Source: an uncultured Muribaculaceae bacterium
GTDB lineage: Bacteria; Pseudomonadota; Alphaproteobacteria; Rs-D84
Direction of reading: 5' to 3'
NCBI GenBank assembly: GCA_964619545.1
Contig: CAZUED010000003.1
Coordinates: 163-64,162 of the forward strand
DNA: 64,000 nucleotides
Position numbers and translations under genes: made by a program. Positions 19,242 through 29,400 of the stretch are shown here, piece after piece. The first letter of the stretch is position 1. Each line of letters opens with the position of its first letter. Below the pieces are notes generated by a model that was not told the origin of the DNA, searched no databases, and saw only the letters and a list, made by a program, of their open reading frames with translations.

Positions 19242-19763
19242 ATGAATTGGTATGTCGTGAATGTTCATACAGGATGCGAGGATAAAGTAGCGCGTGAATT
19301 GCGTGAGCAAATCAATACGCGAAAATTAAATCCTTTATTCGGCGAGATACTGGTACCAACTCGCGAAGTATCCGAGGTAAAGGGCGGCAAACGCGTAAAA
19401 ACGGAAAGAAAATTTTTCCCTGGATATATCGTTGTTCAAATGCAAATGACTAACGAGACTTTTTCGTTGGTAAAGTTGCACCCTCAGGTTGTTATGTTCT
19501 TGGGACAAAAGCAAAAACCTGTAGCGATAACAGAGGATGAAGCCCGCCGTCTGATGAAACAGATGGAAGAGGGTTCGGCAAGTTTGGACGAGTCTGAATA
19601 CGAAGTCGGTCAAGAAATTCACATTATTGATGGTCCATTCATGAACTTTAACGGAATTGCCGCCGAGGTTGATAATTTGAAACAGAAAATGGTTGTGAAC
19701 GTTTTAGTGTTCGGCCGTGAAACCAGCGTCAGCTTAGACTTTAACCAGGTGGAAAAAGTTTAG
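19242..19763 (+). CDS. nusG: Transcription antiterminator NusG
   Basis: NGN and KOW domains. The ATG at 19242 follows GGAG; the track start at 19227 is a TTG. Confidence 0.95.
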   Translation: MNWYVVNVHTGCEDKVARELREQINTRKLNPLFGEILVPTREVSEVKGGKRVKTERKFFPGYIVVQMQMTNETFSLVKLHPQVVMFLGQKQKPVAITEDEARRLMKQMEEGSASLDESEYEVGQEIHIIDGPFMNFNGIAAEVDNLKQKMVVNVLVFGRETSVSLDFNQVEKV

Positions 19764-19896
19764 TTAAATCGAGTGGTTTAATTATAGGGATTTTTATGGT
19801 TTAGGAATGTTCTGAAAACCATATCCTGGAAACGGGAAATAAACGCGGAAGCAGTAGCCACTGCGCACCGCAAACTCTAAAACAACGGAGAAAAAA

Positions 19897-20328
19897 ATGG
19901 CAAAGAAAGAGTTCAAGGGGCTGGTAAAGCTTGTTGCCCCTGCAAAACAGGCGAACCCATCGCCTCCGATTGGCCCAATTTTGGGCGCTAACGGCGTTAA
20001 CATCGCCGAATTCTGCAAACAATTTAATGATGCAACCAAGGACATGGAAGCAGGTATGCCTGTTCCAGTCATTATTACTGTTTATACTGACCGCAGTTTC
20101 GAATTTATTATGAAATTGCCACCAGTGTCGTACTTTATTAAAAAGGCGTTGAAATTGAAATCTGGTTCTAAAAAGCCAGGTCGTGATTTTGTCGGAACTT
20201 TATCAATGGCCGAAGTTCGCAAAATTGCCGAAGGTAAAATGCCAGACTTGAATTGCTCTACCATTGATGCGGCCGCAAAAATCGTTGCCGGACAATGCCG
20301 TTCTATGGGCGTAAAGGTGGAGGAATAA
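19897..20328 (+). CDS. rplK: 50S ribosomal protein L11
   Basis: L11 motifs (PPIGPILG). Confidence 0.95.
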   Translation: MAKKEFKGLVKLVAPAKQANPSPPIGPILGANGVNIAEFCKQFNDATKDMEAGMPVPVIITVYTDRSFEFIMKLPPVSYFIKKALKLKSGSKKPGRDFVGTLSMAEVRKIAEGKMPDLNCSTIDAAAKIVAGQCRSMGVKVEE

Positions 20329-20331
20329 GAT

Positions 20332-21003
20332 ATGAAAACGACAAAAAGAATGAAAGCTTGGGAAGCATTGGATACAAAAAAAATATATGGTCTGAACGAA
20401 GCTATCGAAGTTTTGCGCGGCTATGCCAGCAAAAAATTCGATGAAAGTCTGGAAGTTGCGGTTCGCTTGGGTATTGATGTTACCAAGGCTGACCAAAACA
20501 TTCGCTTGATGTTGGCATTGCCAAATGGCACCGGGAAAAAAGTTCGTGTCGCGGTTATCACCAATGACAAACAAGATGAAGCCAAAAAAGCAGGTGCAGA
20601 TTTGGTTGGTGCAGACGACTTGATTGATAAAATCGCAGCTGGCGAAATGAATTTTGATCGAGTAATTGCATCCCCAGACATGATGCCAAAAATGTCAAAG
20701 GTTGCCCGTGTATTGGGCCCCAAGGGTTTAATGCCGAATCCAAAATTGGGTACAGTTACAAATAATGTTGCCGAAGCAATTAAAACGGCTAAGGCCGGTC
20801 AGGTTGAGCTGCGCGCCGAAAAGAAAGGCATAATTCACGCAGGCTGTGGCAAAATGTCGTTCAAGAATGAAGAATTATCCCAGAACGTTTTGGCGATAAT
20901 TGATACATTGAAAAAGGCAAAGCCAGCCAGCAGCAAAGGCCAGTATATTATTGGTGTTTGTGTGTCCACGACACAGGGGCCTGGGTTAAAGGTAAATATA
21001 TAA
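20332..21003 (+). CDS. rplA: 50S ribosomal protein L1
   Basis: L1 family sequence. Confidence 0.95.
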   Translation: MKTTKRMKAWEALDTKKIYGLNEAIEVLRGYASKKFDESLEVAVRLGIDVTKADQNIRLMLALPNGTGKKVRVAVITNDKQDEAKKAGADLVGADDLIDKIAAGEMNFDRVIASPDMMPKMSKVARVLGPKGLMPNPKLGTVTNNVAEAIKTAKAGQVELRAEKKGIIHAGCGKMSFKNEELSQNVLAIIDTLKKAKPASSKGQYIIGVCVSTTQGPGLKVNI

Positions 21004-21174
21004 AGAATTCTTGTCCAAGACTGATGGGGGAGAAATCCTTAAAAAAATAACCCCTCAATAGACAAAAGAGATGAATACTCTTTTGGGACAGAATGAAAGG
21101 GTGGAAAAATCCACCCTCCAAAAGAGCCCCAATCGAAAGATTGGAAAAAAGAAACGAAAGCAAAAGGATAAAGC
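21004..21174 (+). promoter_or_regulatory. rplJ leader, a possible L10(L12)4 autoregulatory structure
   Basis: Structured 170-nt leader (gggtggaaaaatccaccc hairpin) between rplA and rplJ. The autoregulatory role is inferred by analogy to E. coli. Confidence 0.3.
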
Positions 21175-21651
21175 GTGAAAAGAGATGAAAAATCCGCGCT
21201 GGTATCGTCTTTGCAGGAAAACATCAAATCCGCGAATGGTATTTTCGTTATAGAAAACCATGGAACAAGCGTGAAAGATTTCGAGGCTTTGCGTCGCGAA
21301 CTTGCGCCTGTTACTTCGGTATTCAAGGTCGTGAAAAATCGTTTGTTCAAGTTGGCATTGAAAGATTCCGGCTTTGTTGATGTTGAAAAGCTGATGAAGC
21401 GTCCAACGGCGGTTGCTATTGCAACTGACGGCTTGGCTGTGACCAAAGTTTTGGCAAAATTTGCTGAAACTCACCCAACAATAACAATTGTTGGTGGCCA
21501 AATGGATGCTGGTTTGCTGGATGCAAAAGCGGTAGAGCAATTGTCCAAACTTCCGTCATTGCTTGAAATTCGTGGCACGATTGCACGCATACTGATAGAG
21601 CCTGCGTCTCGTATCGCCCGTGTTTCTGCAGAATACGGAAAAAAGAATTAA
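21175..21651 (+). CDS. rplJ: 50S ribosomal protein L10 (GTG start)
   Basis: L10 family sequence with AAGGA upstream. Confidence 0.93.
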   Translation: MKRDEKSALVSSLQENIKSANGIFVIENHGTSVKDFEALRRELAPVTSVFKVVKNRLFKLALKDSGFVDVEKLMKRPTAVAIATDGLAVTKVLAKFAETHPTITIVGGQMDAGLLDAKAVEQLSKLPSLLEIRGTIARILIEPASRIARVSAEYGKKN

Positions 21652-21669
21652 AATCAAAAGGAAACTAAA

Positions 21670-22032
21670 ATGGCAGATATTCAGAAAATTGTAGAAGACT
21701 TGTCAAAATTGAGTGTTTTAGAAGCAGTTGAATTGTCCAAAGCTTTGGAAGAAGCTTGGGGCGTTTCTGCGGCAGCGGCAGTTGCAGTTGCAGCTGGTCC
21801 AGCAGCCGTAGCAGAAGAAAAAACCGAATTTGATGTTGTGTTGGCAGATGCTGGCAGCAATAAATTGGGTGTTATTAAAGCTGTGAAAGACGCAACTGGT
21901 TTGGGTTTGGGCGATGCAAAAGCGTTCGTCGAATCCGCACCAAAAGTTGTGAAAGAAGGATTGTCCAAGGACGATGCTGAAAAATTGAAAGCAACACTGG
22001 AAGCCGCAGGCGCTAAGGTGGAGCTGAAATAA
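21670..22032 (+). CDS. rplL: 50S ribosomal protein L7/L12
   Basis: Ala-rich hinge and conserved CTD. Confidence 0.95.
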   Translation: MADIQKIVEDLSKLSVLEAVELSKALEEAWGVSAAAAVAVAAGPAAVAEEKTEFDVVLADAGSNKLGVIKAVKDATGLGLGDAKAFVESAPKVVKEGLSKDDAEKLKATLEAAGAKVELK

Positions 22033-22044
22033 AAAAAAGTAAAC

Positions 22045-22090
22045 AGCAAAGTGCAAAGTGCAAGTACGCGCTTTGCCTTTGCTTTTGCGG
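22045..22090 (+). terminator. rplL-rpoB intergenic hairpin (attenuator-like)
   Basis: Imperfect palindrome agcaaagtgcaaagtgcaag / cgctttgcctttgcttttgc. Confidence 0.4.
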
Positions 22091-22208
22091 ATAATTCTGA
22101 GATTGCTTTGCAATTTTTGAGTTATTCAATTGCATCTTGCACCCTGCAAAATGCAAATTTTGCAAAAATCGACAGGCGATTTTTGATATGCGACTAAGGA
22201 GCGAACAT

Positions 22209-25200
22209 ATGGCTGTTATCCAAAAATTCAGAAAGTATTTCGGAAAAAGTTTCTTGAAAACACCCCTGCGTGATTTAGTGGAAATTCAATATGATTCTTA
22301 TAGAGATTTTCTGCAAGAAAATGTTGCACCAAATGCGCGTCGCAATGTCGGCTTGCAAAATGTTTTCAAGTCTGCATTCCCGATAAAGGATTATGCGGGT
22401 ATTGCTGATTTAGAGTTTGTTGAATATACTTTGGACAAGCCTTTGTATAATGTCAAAGAATGCATGCTGCGTAATATGACATATAGCGCGCGTTTAAAAT
22501 TAAAGTTGAAACTTATAATTTGGGATGTTGCGGAAAATGGAAAGAAAACACTTCGCGACATCAAAGATCAAGAAATTTTTATGGGCGAAGTTCCATTGAT
22601 GACCGAACGCGGAACCTTTGTTTCGTCTGGTGTTGAACGTGTTATCGTTTCGCAAATGCATCGTGCACAGGGTGTGGTTTTTGGTCTGACCAAGGAAGCG
22701 AAAACTGCTGATGCGACAAACGCAACATATACTGCCCGTATTATTCCAGAACGCGGATCTTGGATTGATTTCGAAGAAGCCAAGGGCGTTATCTATGTTC
22801 GCATAGATCGCAAACGCAAAATCCCTGCATCTGTTTTGTTGCGCGCATTACCAGCTGCAAGTGATGAAAAAAAGTTTGAATCTGATCCCCGTCGCGCAGC
22901 TGTTTCCGGCATGACTGATGTGGAAATTTTGTCAGAATTTTATAAAAAGATTTCTTTATCGTTTGATGGAAAATTCTGGATTGGCGAAACAGCCGATTTT
23001 ATCGAACTTGGAAATTATCGTCTGAATTACGATCTTTTGGACGTTAAATCTAAAAAGCCGATTGCTGAAAAAGGCGAGCGTATTACCGCAAAAAAATGGG
23101 AAAAGCTGGTCGCGGCTAACAAAGAATTTGCAATAACAAAAGAAAGTGTAATCGGAGAATATTTATTTGATCCACTGGCCAATGGCGGCGAAACATTGTT
23201 CCCATCAGCCACAGAAATCACAGAAGAAATACTGGCGGATTTTGAAAAGCTGGATGTTAAAAATATATCAATTATCTCTATAGATAATATGTTTTATGGC
23301 GCACACATGCGTAATACTTTGGCAGCAAGCAAAACCACAACGCGCGACGAAGCATTAATTGAAATTTACAATGTAATTCGTCCGGGAGAGCGCCCAACAC
23401 CAGAAGCCGCTGCAGCATTGTTCGCGCATCAGGGATTTGATTCTTCTTATTATGATTTGTCAGCAGTTGGTCGATTCAAGATGAACAAGCGCTTGAAAAT
23501 TGATTCTGGCAAAAAACCAGAAGATGAAAGATTGTTAAGCAAACAAGATTTTCTGGCGACATTAAAAACTTTGGCAAACATTATTGATCGCAAAGATGTT
23601 ATTGATGACATTGATAACCTGTCGAACCGCCGTGTGCGTACGGTTGGAGAATTGCTGGAACAGCAATTCCGTATTGGTATGGCGCGTATCGAAAGATTAG
23701 TTCGCGAGCATTTGGCATCACCAAACATTTCAAACATGAAGCCCCAGGATGTTATCAATGTAAAGCCTTTGACGGCTTTGGTTGCTGAATTCTTTGGCAC
23801 ATCACAATTGTCGCAGTTTATGGATGCGTATAATCCATTGGCGGAATTAGAACATAAACGTTTGATTTCTGCAATGGGTCCTGGCGGCCTTAATCGCGAC
23901 CGCGCAGGCATTGATGTCCGTGACGTACATCCGACTCACTATGGTCGCTTGTGCCCGATACACACGCCCGAAGGCGCAAACATTGGTTTGATTAACCATC
24001 TTGCATCATATGCCCGTGTTAATCCGTATGGATTTATTGAAACTCCTTACTACATCGTTAAAAACGGAAAAATTACGGAAGAAATTGTCTATTTGACAGC
24101 TGACGAAGAAACTGGTCATCGTATTGCCCAGGGTAATACTGCGACAAACTCGGATGGAAAAATTTCCGAAGAAGTTGTGACTGCACGTGTTGATGGCGAA
24201 TTCGTAAAAATCCCGCGTGAAGAAATTGACCTTATCGACGTTGCACCGCGTCAGGTTGTGTCTATTGCGCCAGGACTGATACCATTTATTGAAAATGACG
24301 ACGCAAACCGCGCACTGATGGGATCAAACATGCAGCGCCAGGCAATTCCGTTAATGCGCGTTGATGCGCCAACAATCGGAACAGGTATTGAACGCGAAGT
24401 TGCACGTGATTCCAGAACTGGCAAAGTTGCAAAGCACAGCGGTGTTGTTGAATCTGTTGATGCAAATCGTATTGTGGTGAAGTGTATGAACAGCCGCAAT
24501 GTTGTAACCGGTGTTGACATCTATAATTTGGAAAAATTCCAGAAATCAAATTCAGAAACAATGATACACCAAAAACCATTGGTAAAGGTTGGCGATCGTA
24601 TTTCTGCCGGTGACATTATTGCCGATGGTGCCAGTATGAATTATGGCGAACTTGCACTGGGTAAGAATGTGTTGGTTGCCTTTGTGCCTTGGCGTGGTTA
24701 TAACTTTGAAGACTCTATAGTTATTTCTGAAAAGATTTCACGCGATGACGTATTTACTAGCATCAAGATTGTTGAAAAAGAGTTCAAGGCTCGTGATACT
24801 CAACTGGGCCCAGAAAGCTTTACACGCGATATTCCAAACGTTGGCGAAGAAGCACTGAAAAATCTGGACGAGTCTGGAATTATCTATATCGGCAGCCATG
24901 TGAAGCAAGGCGACATCTTGGTTGGTCGTGTATCACCTAAATCTGAAAGCTTGCTGACCCCAGAGGAAGCATTGCTACGCAGCATCTTTGGTGAAAAGGC
25001 TTTATCTGTAAAAGATACATCAATGCGCGTTGGTCCGAACGAGGAAGGCGTTGTTATTGGTGTGAACATCTTGACCCGTCATGGTGTGAAGAAAGACGAA
25101 CGCACGCAGATGATAGAGCTGCAAAAGATCGAACAGATAAACAAAAACCGCGAAGAAGAGATTGCAATTTTGGAGCGTGGATTTGCAGCCCAAGCATTCC

Positions 25201-26348
25201 AGATCGCTGAAGGCCTGACAATCGAAGGCGGTATTGGCAGCGTAAAGCCATTTATTGGTAAAAAGCTGACAGCCGAAGTTTTTGAAGGTATCCGCCCATC
25301 TGATATGAAAAAGATTCAGGTCAAAAGCAAAGAAGCCGCAGAAAAATTGGAAGAGTTGCGTGAACAAAATGCAATAACTTTGAAAAACTTGAACGAAAAG
25401 GCCGACGGGGAAGTTGCGCGCGTGACCGAAAGCAACTCGCTTAATGCAGGTGTATTGAAAGAAGTCAAAGTTTATATCGCGCATAAAATGAAACTGCAAC
25501 CCGGCGATAAAATGGCTGGCCGTCACGGAAACAAGGGTATCGTTTCCAAGGTTGTGCCGATTGAAGATATGCCACACATGGAAGATGGAACGCCGGTTGA
25601 TATAGTTTTGAATCCATTGGGTGTGCCCAGCCGTATGAACATTGGTCAGGTATTAGAAGTTCACTTGGGTATGGCCGCACGTGAATTAGGTAAACAAATC
25701 GGCGAAGTGCTGGATGAAGTAAAGGCAAAGCGCGCCGTGACCGATGACTTGCGCACAATGATTGGCAAAATCTATGGCAAGGATGTTACTCAGCAACTTG
25801 AAAAGATGACTGACACTGATGTTCGCGCCCAGGCTGCATTATTGCGCAGTGGTGTATCAATGGCAACACCGACATTTGACGGGGCTATGCCGGAAGACAT
25901 CAAAAAAATGTTAAAGATGGCAAAGCTTCCAGAGAGCGGACAATTCACTTTGTATGATGGAATGACCGGTGAAAAATTTGCACGACCAGTAACAGTTGGT
26001 GTTATGCATATGTTAAAGCTGCATCACTTGGTGGATGAAAAAATCCATGCGCGTTCAGTAGGCAGCTATTCTTTGGTTACACAACAGCCTTTGTCCGGTA
26101 AAGCGCACAATGGTGGACAGCGTTTGGGTGAAATGGAAGTCTGGGCGCTGGAAGCGCACGGCGCGGCCCACCTGATTAAAGAAATGCTGACCGTTAAATC
26201 GGACGACATTGCGGGCAAAAACAAGATGTATGAAACCATAATCAGCGGAAGCTATGACATTCAAACAGGCACGCCCGAGGCATTTAATGTCTTGACCCGT
26301 GAACTGCGCGGACTGGGCTTGGCTATGACACCGCGAAAGCTAGATTAA
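22209..26348 (+). CDS. rpoB: RNA polymerase beta subunit
   Basis: Start at MAVIQKF after AGGAG. The track ORF begins 72 nt upstream, inside the leader. Confidence 0.97.
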   Translation: MAVIQKFRKYFGKSFLKTPLRDLVEIQYDSYRDFLQENVAPNARRNVGLQNVFKSAFPIKDYAGIADLEFVEYTLDKPLYNVKECMLRNMTYSARLKLKLKLIIWDVAENGKKTLRDIKDQEIFMGEVPLMTERGTFVSSGVERVIVSQMHRAQGVVFGLTKEAKTADATNATYTARIIPERGSWIDFEEAKGVIYVRIDRKRKIPASVLLRALPAASDEKKFESDPRRAAVSGMTDVEILSEFYKKISLSFDGKFWIGETADFIELGNYRLNYDLLDVKSKKPIAEKGERITAKKWEKLVAANKEFAITKESVIGEYLFDPLANGGETLFPSATEITEEILADFEKLDVKNISIISIDNMFYGAHMRNTLAASKTTTRDEALIEIYNVIRPGERPTPEAAAALFAHQGFDSSYYDLSAVGRFKMNKRLKIDSGKKPEDERLLSKQDFLATLKTLANIIDRKDVIDDIDNLSNRRVRTVGELLEQQFRIGMARIERLVREHLASPNISNMKPQDVINVKPLTALVAEFFGTSQLSQFMDAYNPLAELEHKRLISAMGPGGLNRDRAGIDVRDVHPTHYGRLCPIHTPEGANIGLINHLASYARVNPYGFIETPYYIVKNGKITEEIVYLTADEETGHRIAQGNTATNSDGKISEEVVTARVDGEFVKIPREEIDLIDVAPRQVVSIAPGLIPFIENDDANRALMGSNMQRQAIPLMRVDAPTIGTGIEREVARDSRTGKVAKHSGVVESVDANRIVVKCMNSRNVVTGVDIYNLEKFQKSNSETMIHQKPLVKVGDRISAGDIIADGASMNYGELALGKNVLVAFVPWRGYNFEDSIVISEKISRDDVFTSIKIVEKEFKARDTQLGPESFTRDIPNVGEEALKNLDESGIIYIGSHVKQGDILVGRVSPKSESLLTPEEALLRSIFGEKALSVKDTSMRVGPNEEGVVIGVNILTRHGVKKDERTQMIELQKIEQINKNREEEIAILERGFAAQAFQIAEGLTIEGGIGSVKPFIGKKLTAEVFEGIRPSDMKKIQVKSKEAAEKLEELREQNAITLKNLNEKADGEVARVTESNSLNAGVLKEVKVYIAHKMKLQPGDKMAGRHGNKGIVSKVVPIEDMPHMEDGTPVDIVLNPLGVPSRMNIGQVLEVHLGMAARELGKQIGEVLDEVKAKRAVTDDLRTMIGKIYGKDVTQQLEKMTDTDVRAQAALLRSGVSMATPTFDGAMPEDIKKMLKMAKLPESGQFTLYDGMTGEKFARPVTVGVMHMLKLHHLVDEKIHARSVGSYSLVTQQPLSGKAHNGGQRLGEMEVWALEAHGAAHLIKEMLTVKSDDIAGKNKMYETIISGSYDIQTGTPEAFNVLTRELRGLGLAMTPRKLD

Positions 26349-26426
26349 ATGATAAATGGCGAAAGATGAGTGTTTGCATTCATCTTTCATCACATATCAT
26401 TCATCATTATTCAAGGAGCAAAATAA

Positions 26427-29400
26427 ATGACTAACATGCTGCAAAAGATTTTTGGCCAGATTGAAACGAAGGAGCAGTTTGATGCGCTGCAAATAAAAAT
26501 TGCGTCACCAGAAGAAATTCTGTCTTGGTCTCATGGCGAAGTTAAAAAGCCTGAAACCATCAACTATCATTCGTTAAAGCCGGAATCAGATGGATTGTTT
26601 TGCCAGCAGATTTTTGGCCCCAGCAAAGATTACGAATGCGCATGTGGAAAATACAAACGTGTTAAGTTCCGCGGTGTAGTATGCGAGCGTTGTGGTGTCG
26701 AAGTCGGATCAAGCAGTGTTCGTCGTGAGCGTATGGGACATATTAAATTGGCGACACCCGTATCTCACTTTTGGTTCATGCGCGAAGGAAAAATTGCTAC
26801 TCTTTTGAACAATATGCCGCAAAAAAAGTTAGAGCAGGTTATTTATTATGACGCTTATATTGTGACCGAGCCAGGTCTGACCAAGCTGAAACTTTATGAT
26901 GTTATTTCCGAAGATGAATACCAAGAAGCACTGACTGAATTCGGCGATGGAGCATTCCATGTTGGAATTGGTGCAGACGGCGTACGCAGTGTTATTGCAA
27001 ATTTGGATATGGGGGATGAGCGGACTCGTTTGCGTCAAGAGTTGTCGGAAACAAAATCCGAAGCAAAACGCAAAGGAATTATCAAACATCTGAAATTAGT
27101 TGAAGCATTCATGGATTCTAAAACAGAACCTGCATGGATGTTGCCGGATGTTTTGCCGGTTATTCCACCAGATATGCGTCCTTTGGTTACGCTCGAGGCT
27201 GGACATGTCGCTTCATCTGACTTGAACGATTTGTATCGCCGCGTAATTATTCGCAACAATCGTCTGAAAAAATTGATAGACTTGCGTGCACCAGAAATCA
27301 TCGTGCGCAACGAAAAACGTATGTTACAGGAAGCGGTTGATGCCTTGTTCGATAACGGACACAAAAGCCGCCCATTGGTTTCGCAAAATCGTCAAAAGTT
27401 AAAGTCTTTGTCAGATTCATTGTTGGGGAAGCAGGGTCGCTTCCGTATGAATATGTTAGGTAAACGTGTGGATTATTCTGGACGCAGTGTTATCGTGTCG
27501 GGCCCCAGCTTGAAATTACACCAGGTTGGTTTGCCGAAATCCATGGCACTGGAGCTGTTTAAACCTTTTGTTTATGCACGTTTATTGGCTGGCGACTATG
27601 CTAATACATTAAAGACCGCAAGAAAGATGGTCGAAGCCGGTGAAGACATTGTGTGGGAAATGTTGGAAAAGGTTATTTATCAGCATCCGGTCTTGTTAAA
27701 CCGCGCGCCATCTTTGCATCGTCTTTCAATGCTTGCGTTCGAGCCCATCTTAATCGAAGGTAAAGCAATTCGTCTACATCCGTTGGTTACCAAGGGATTT
27801 AATGCTGACTTTGACGGCGACCAAATGTCTGTCTATGTCCCTATTTCATTGGAAGCACAATTAGAAGCGCGTACATTAATGTTGTCTTCTAATAACGTGT
27901 TGTTACCTGCGAACGGCGAACCGGTTATAGTTCCATCACAAGACATGGTTTTAGGTGTTTATTATTTATCATTGGTAAATGGTGAACATAACGAAAAATC
28001 ACCACGTTTTGCATCAATGGATGAAATTTATATGGCATTGAATGCAAAGACAATTACTTTGCACACTCCAATCATTGCGCGTTATCACGCGGCCGAGGGG
28101 ACTCAAACCGTAAAGACGACTGCTGGTCGTATGATTTTGGGCGAATTGCTGCCGAAAAAACCTGGCATGCCATTTGACTTGGTAAATCAGGAAATGCCAG
28201 TCGGAAAGATAAAATCATTGTTGGCAACTACTTACGAACGTTGTGGCGACAAGGATATGATTGCTTTGGCGGATAATCTGAAAAATACAGGTTTCGAGCA
28301 AGCTGCACGCAGCGGAATTTCCATTGGCTTTGACGATATAAAAATTCCAGAAGAAAAACAGGAAATTATCGCCAATGCAACAACTCAGACAGAAGAAATT
28401 GAAACCCAGTATCAAAATGGATTGATTTCACGCAAAGAAAAATATAACAAAATTGTCGATATGTGGCATGGGGTTACAAACAGACTGGCGGATTTGGCTT
28501 TCTCGAACTTGCGTAAGTCCGAAGGCGATAACTGGAACAGCATCTCGATGATGCAGGCATCTGGTGCCCGTGGATCTAAAACCCAAATTCAGCAGCTGGC
28601 AGGTATGCGTGGAATGATGATGAAGCCGGACGGATCTATTATCGAGGTTCCGATTATCTCGAACTTTAAAGAAGGTCTGTCAATGGCGGAATACTTTACC
28701 AGTACGCACGGCGCGCGCAAAGGTATGTCCGATACAGCATTAAAGACTGCGAACGCGGGTTATCTGACACGCAGAATGGTTATCTTGGCTCAGAATACAT
28801 TTATTACCGAACATGATTGCGGTACAGATGAATCCATAACTGCAAAACCAGTATTTGATGGCTCTATGTTGTCTATTTCACTGGGCGATGTAGTTTTGGG
28901 CAGAACCGCAGCGCAAGATGTTGTGAATCCTGGAACTGGTGAATTAATCGTTAAAAGGGGCGACTTGATTACAAAGGCGGATTCAAAGAAAATTAATGAT
29001 TCCGGTTTGGGCAGTATTGAAATTCGCAGTGGTTTGACATGCAAATCTAATGGTTTGTGCGCAAAATGTTATGGTATGGATTTGTCGCGCGGTACTTTGG
29101 TGCATGTTGGTGAAGCAGTTGGTGTTATCGCTGGACAATCTATTGGTGAGCCCGGAACTCAGTTGACCCTTAGAACCTTCCACGTTGGTGGAATTGCGTC
29201 CTCTGGCAGCGGCAGCAACTTTATCGAAGCGCCAATGAATGGTCGCCTGGAACTGATTGATGCCGACTTGGTCACAAACAGCGCAGGCAAAAACATAGTT
29301 GTATCGCGCAACTCGAAAATAGCGGTCACCGATAACAAAGGTAATCATTTATTTACCGCAAAATTGCCGTATGCTTCGTGGCTGATTGTAAAAGATGGGG

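Noticed and set aside
21681-22113. Antisense ORFs across rplL and the leader
   Set aside because: They lie opposite a highly conserved ribosomal gene. The same reasoning applies to the many antisense ORFs inside rpoB, rpoC, ppdK, dnaB, bamA and virB9/10.
22137-22208. Extended rpoB N-terminus (MHPAKCKFCKNRQ...)
   Set aside because: It reads through the rplL-rpoB leader. The canonical start, with AGGAG, is at 22209.
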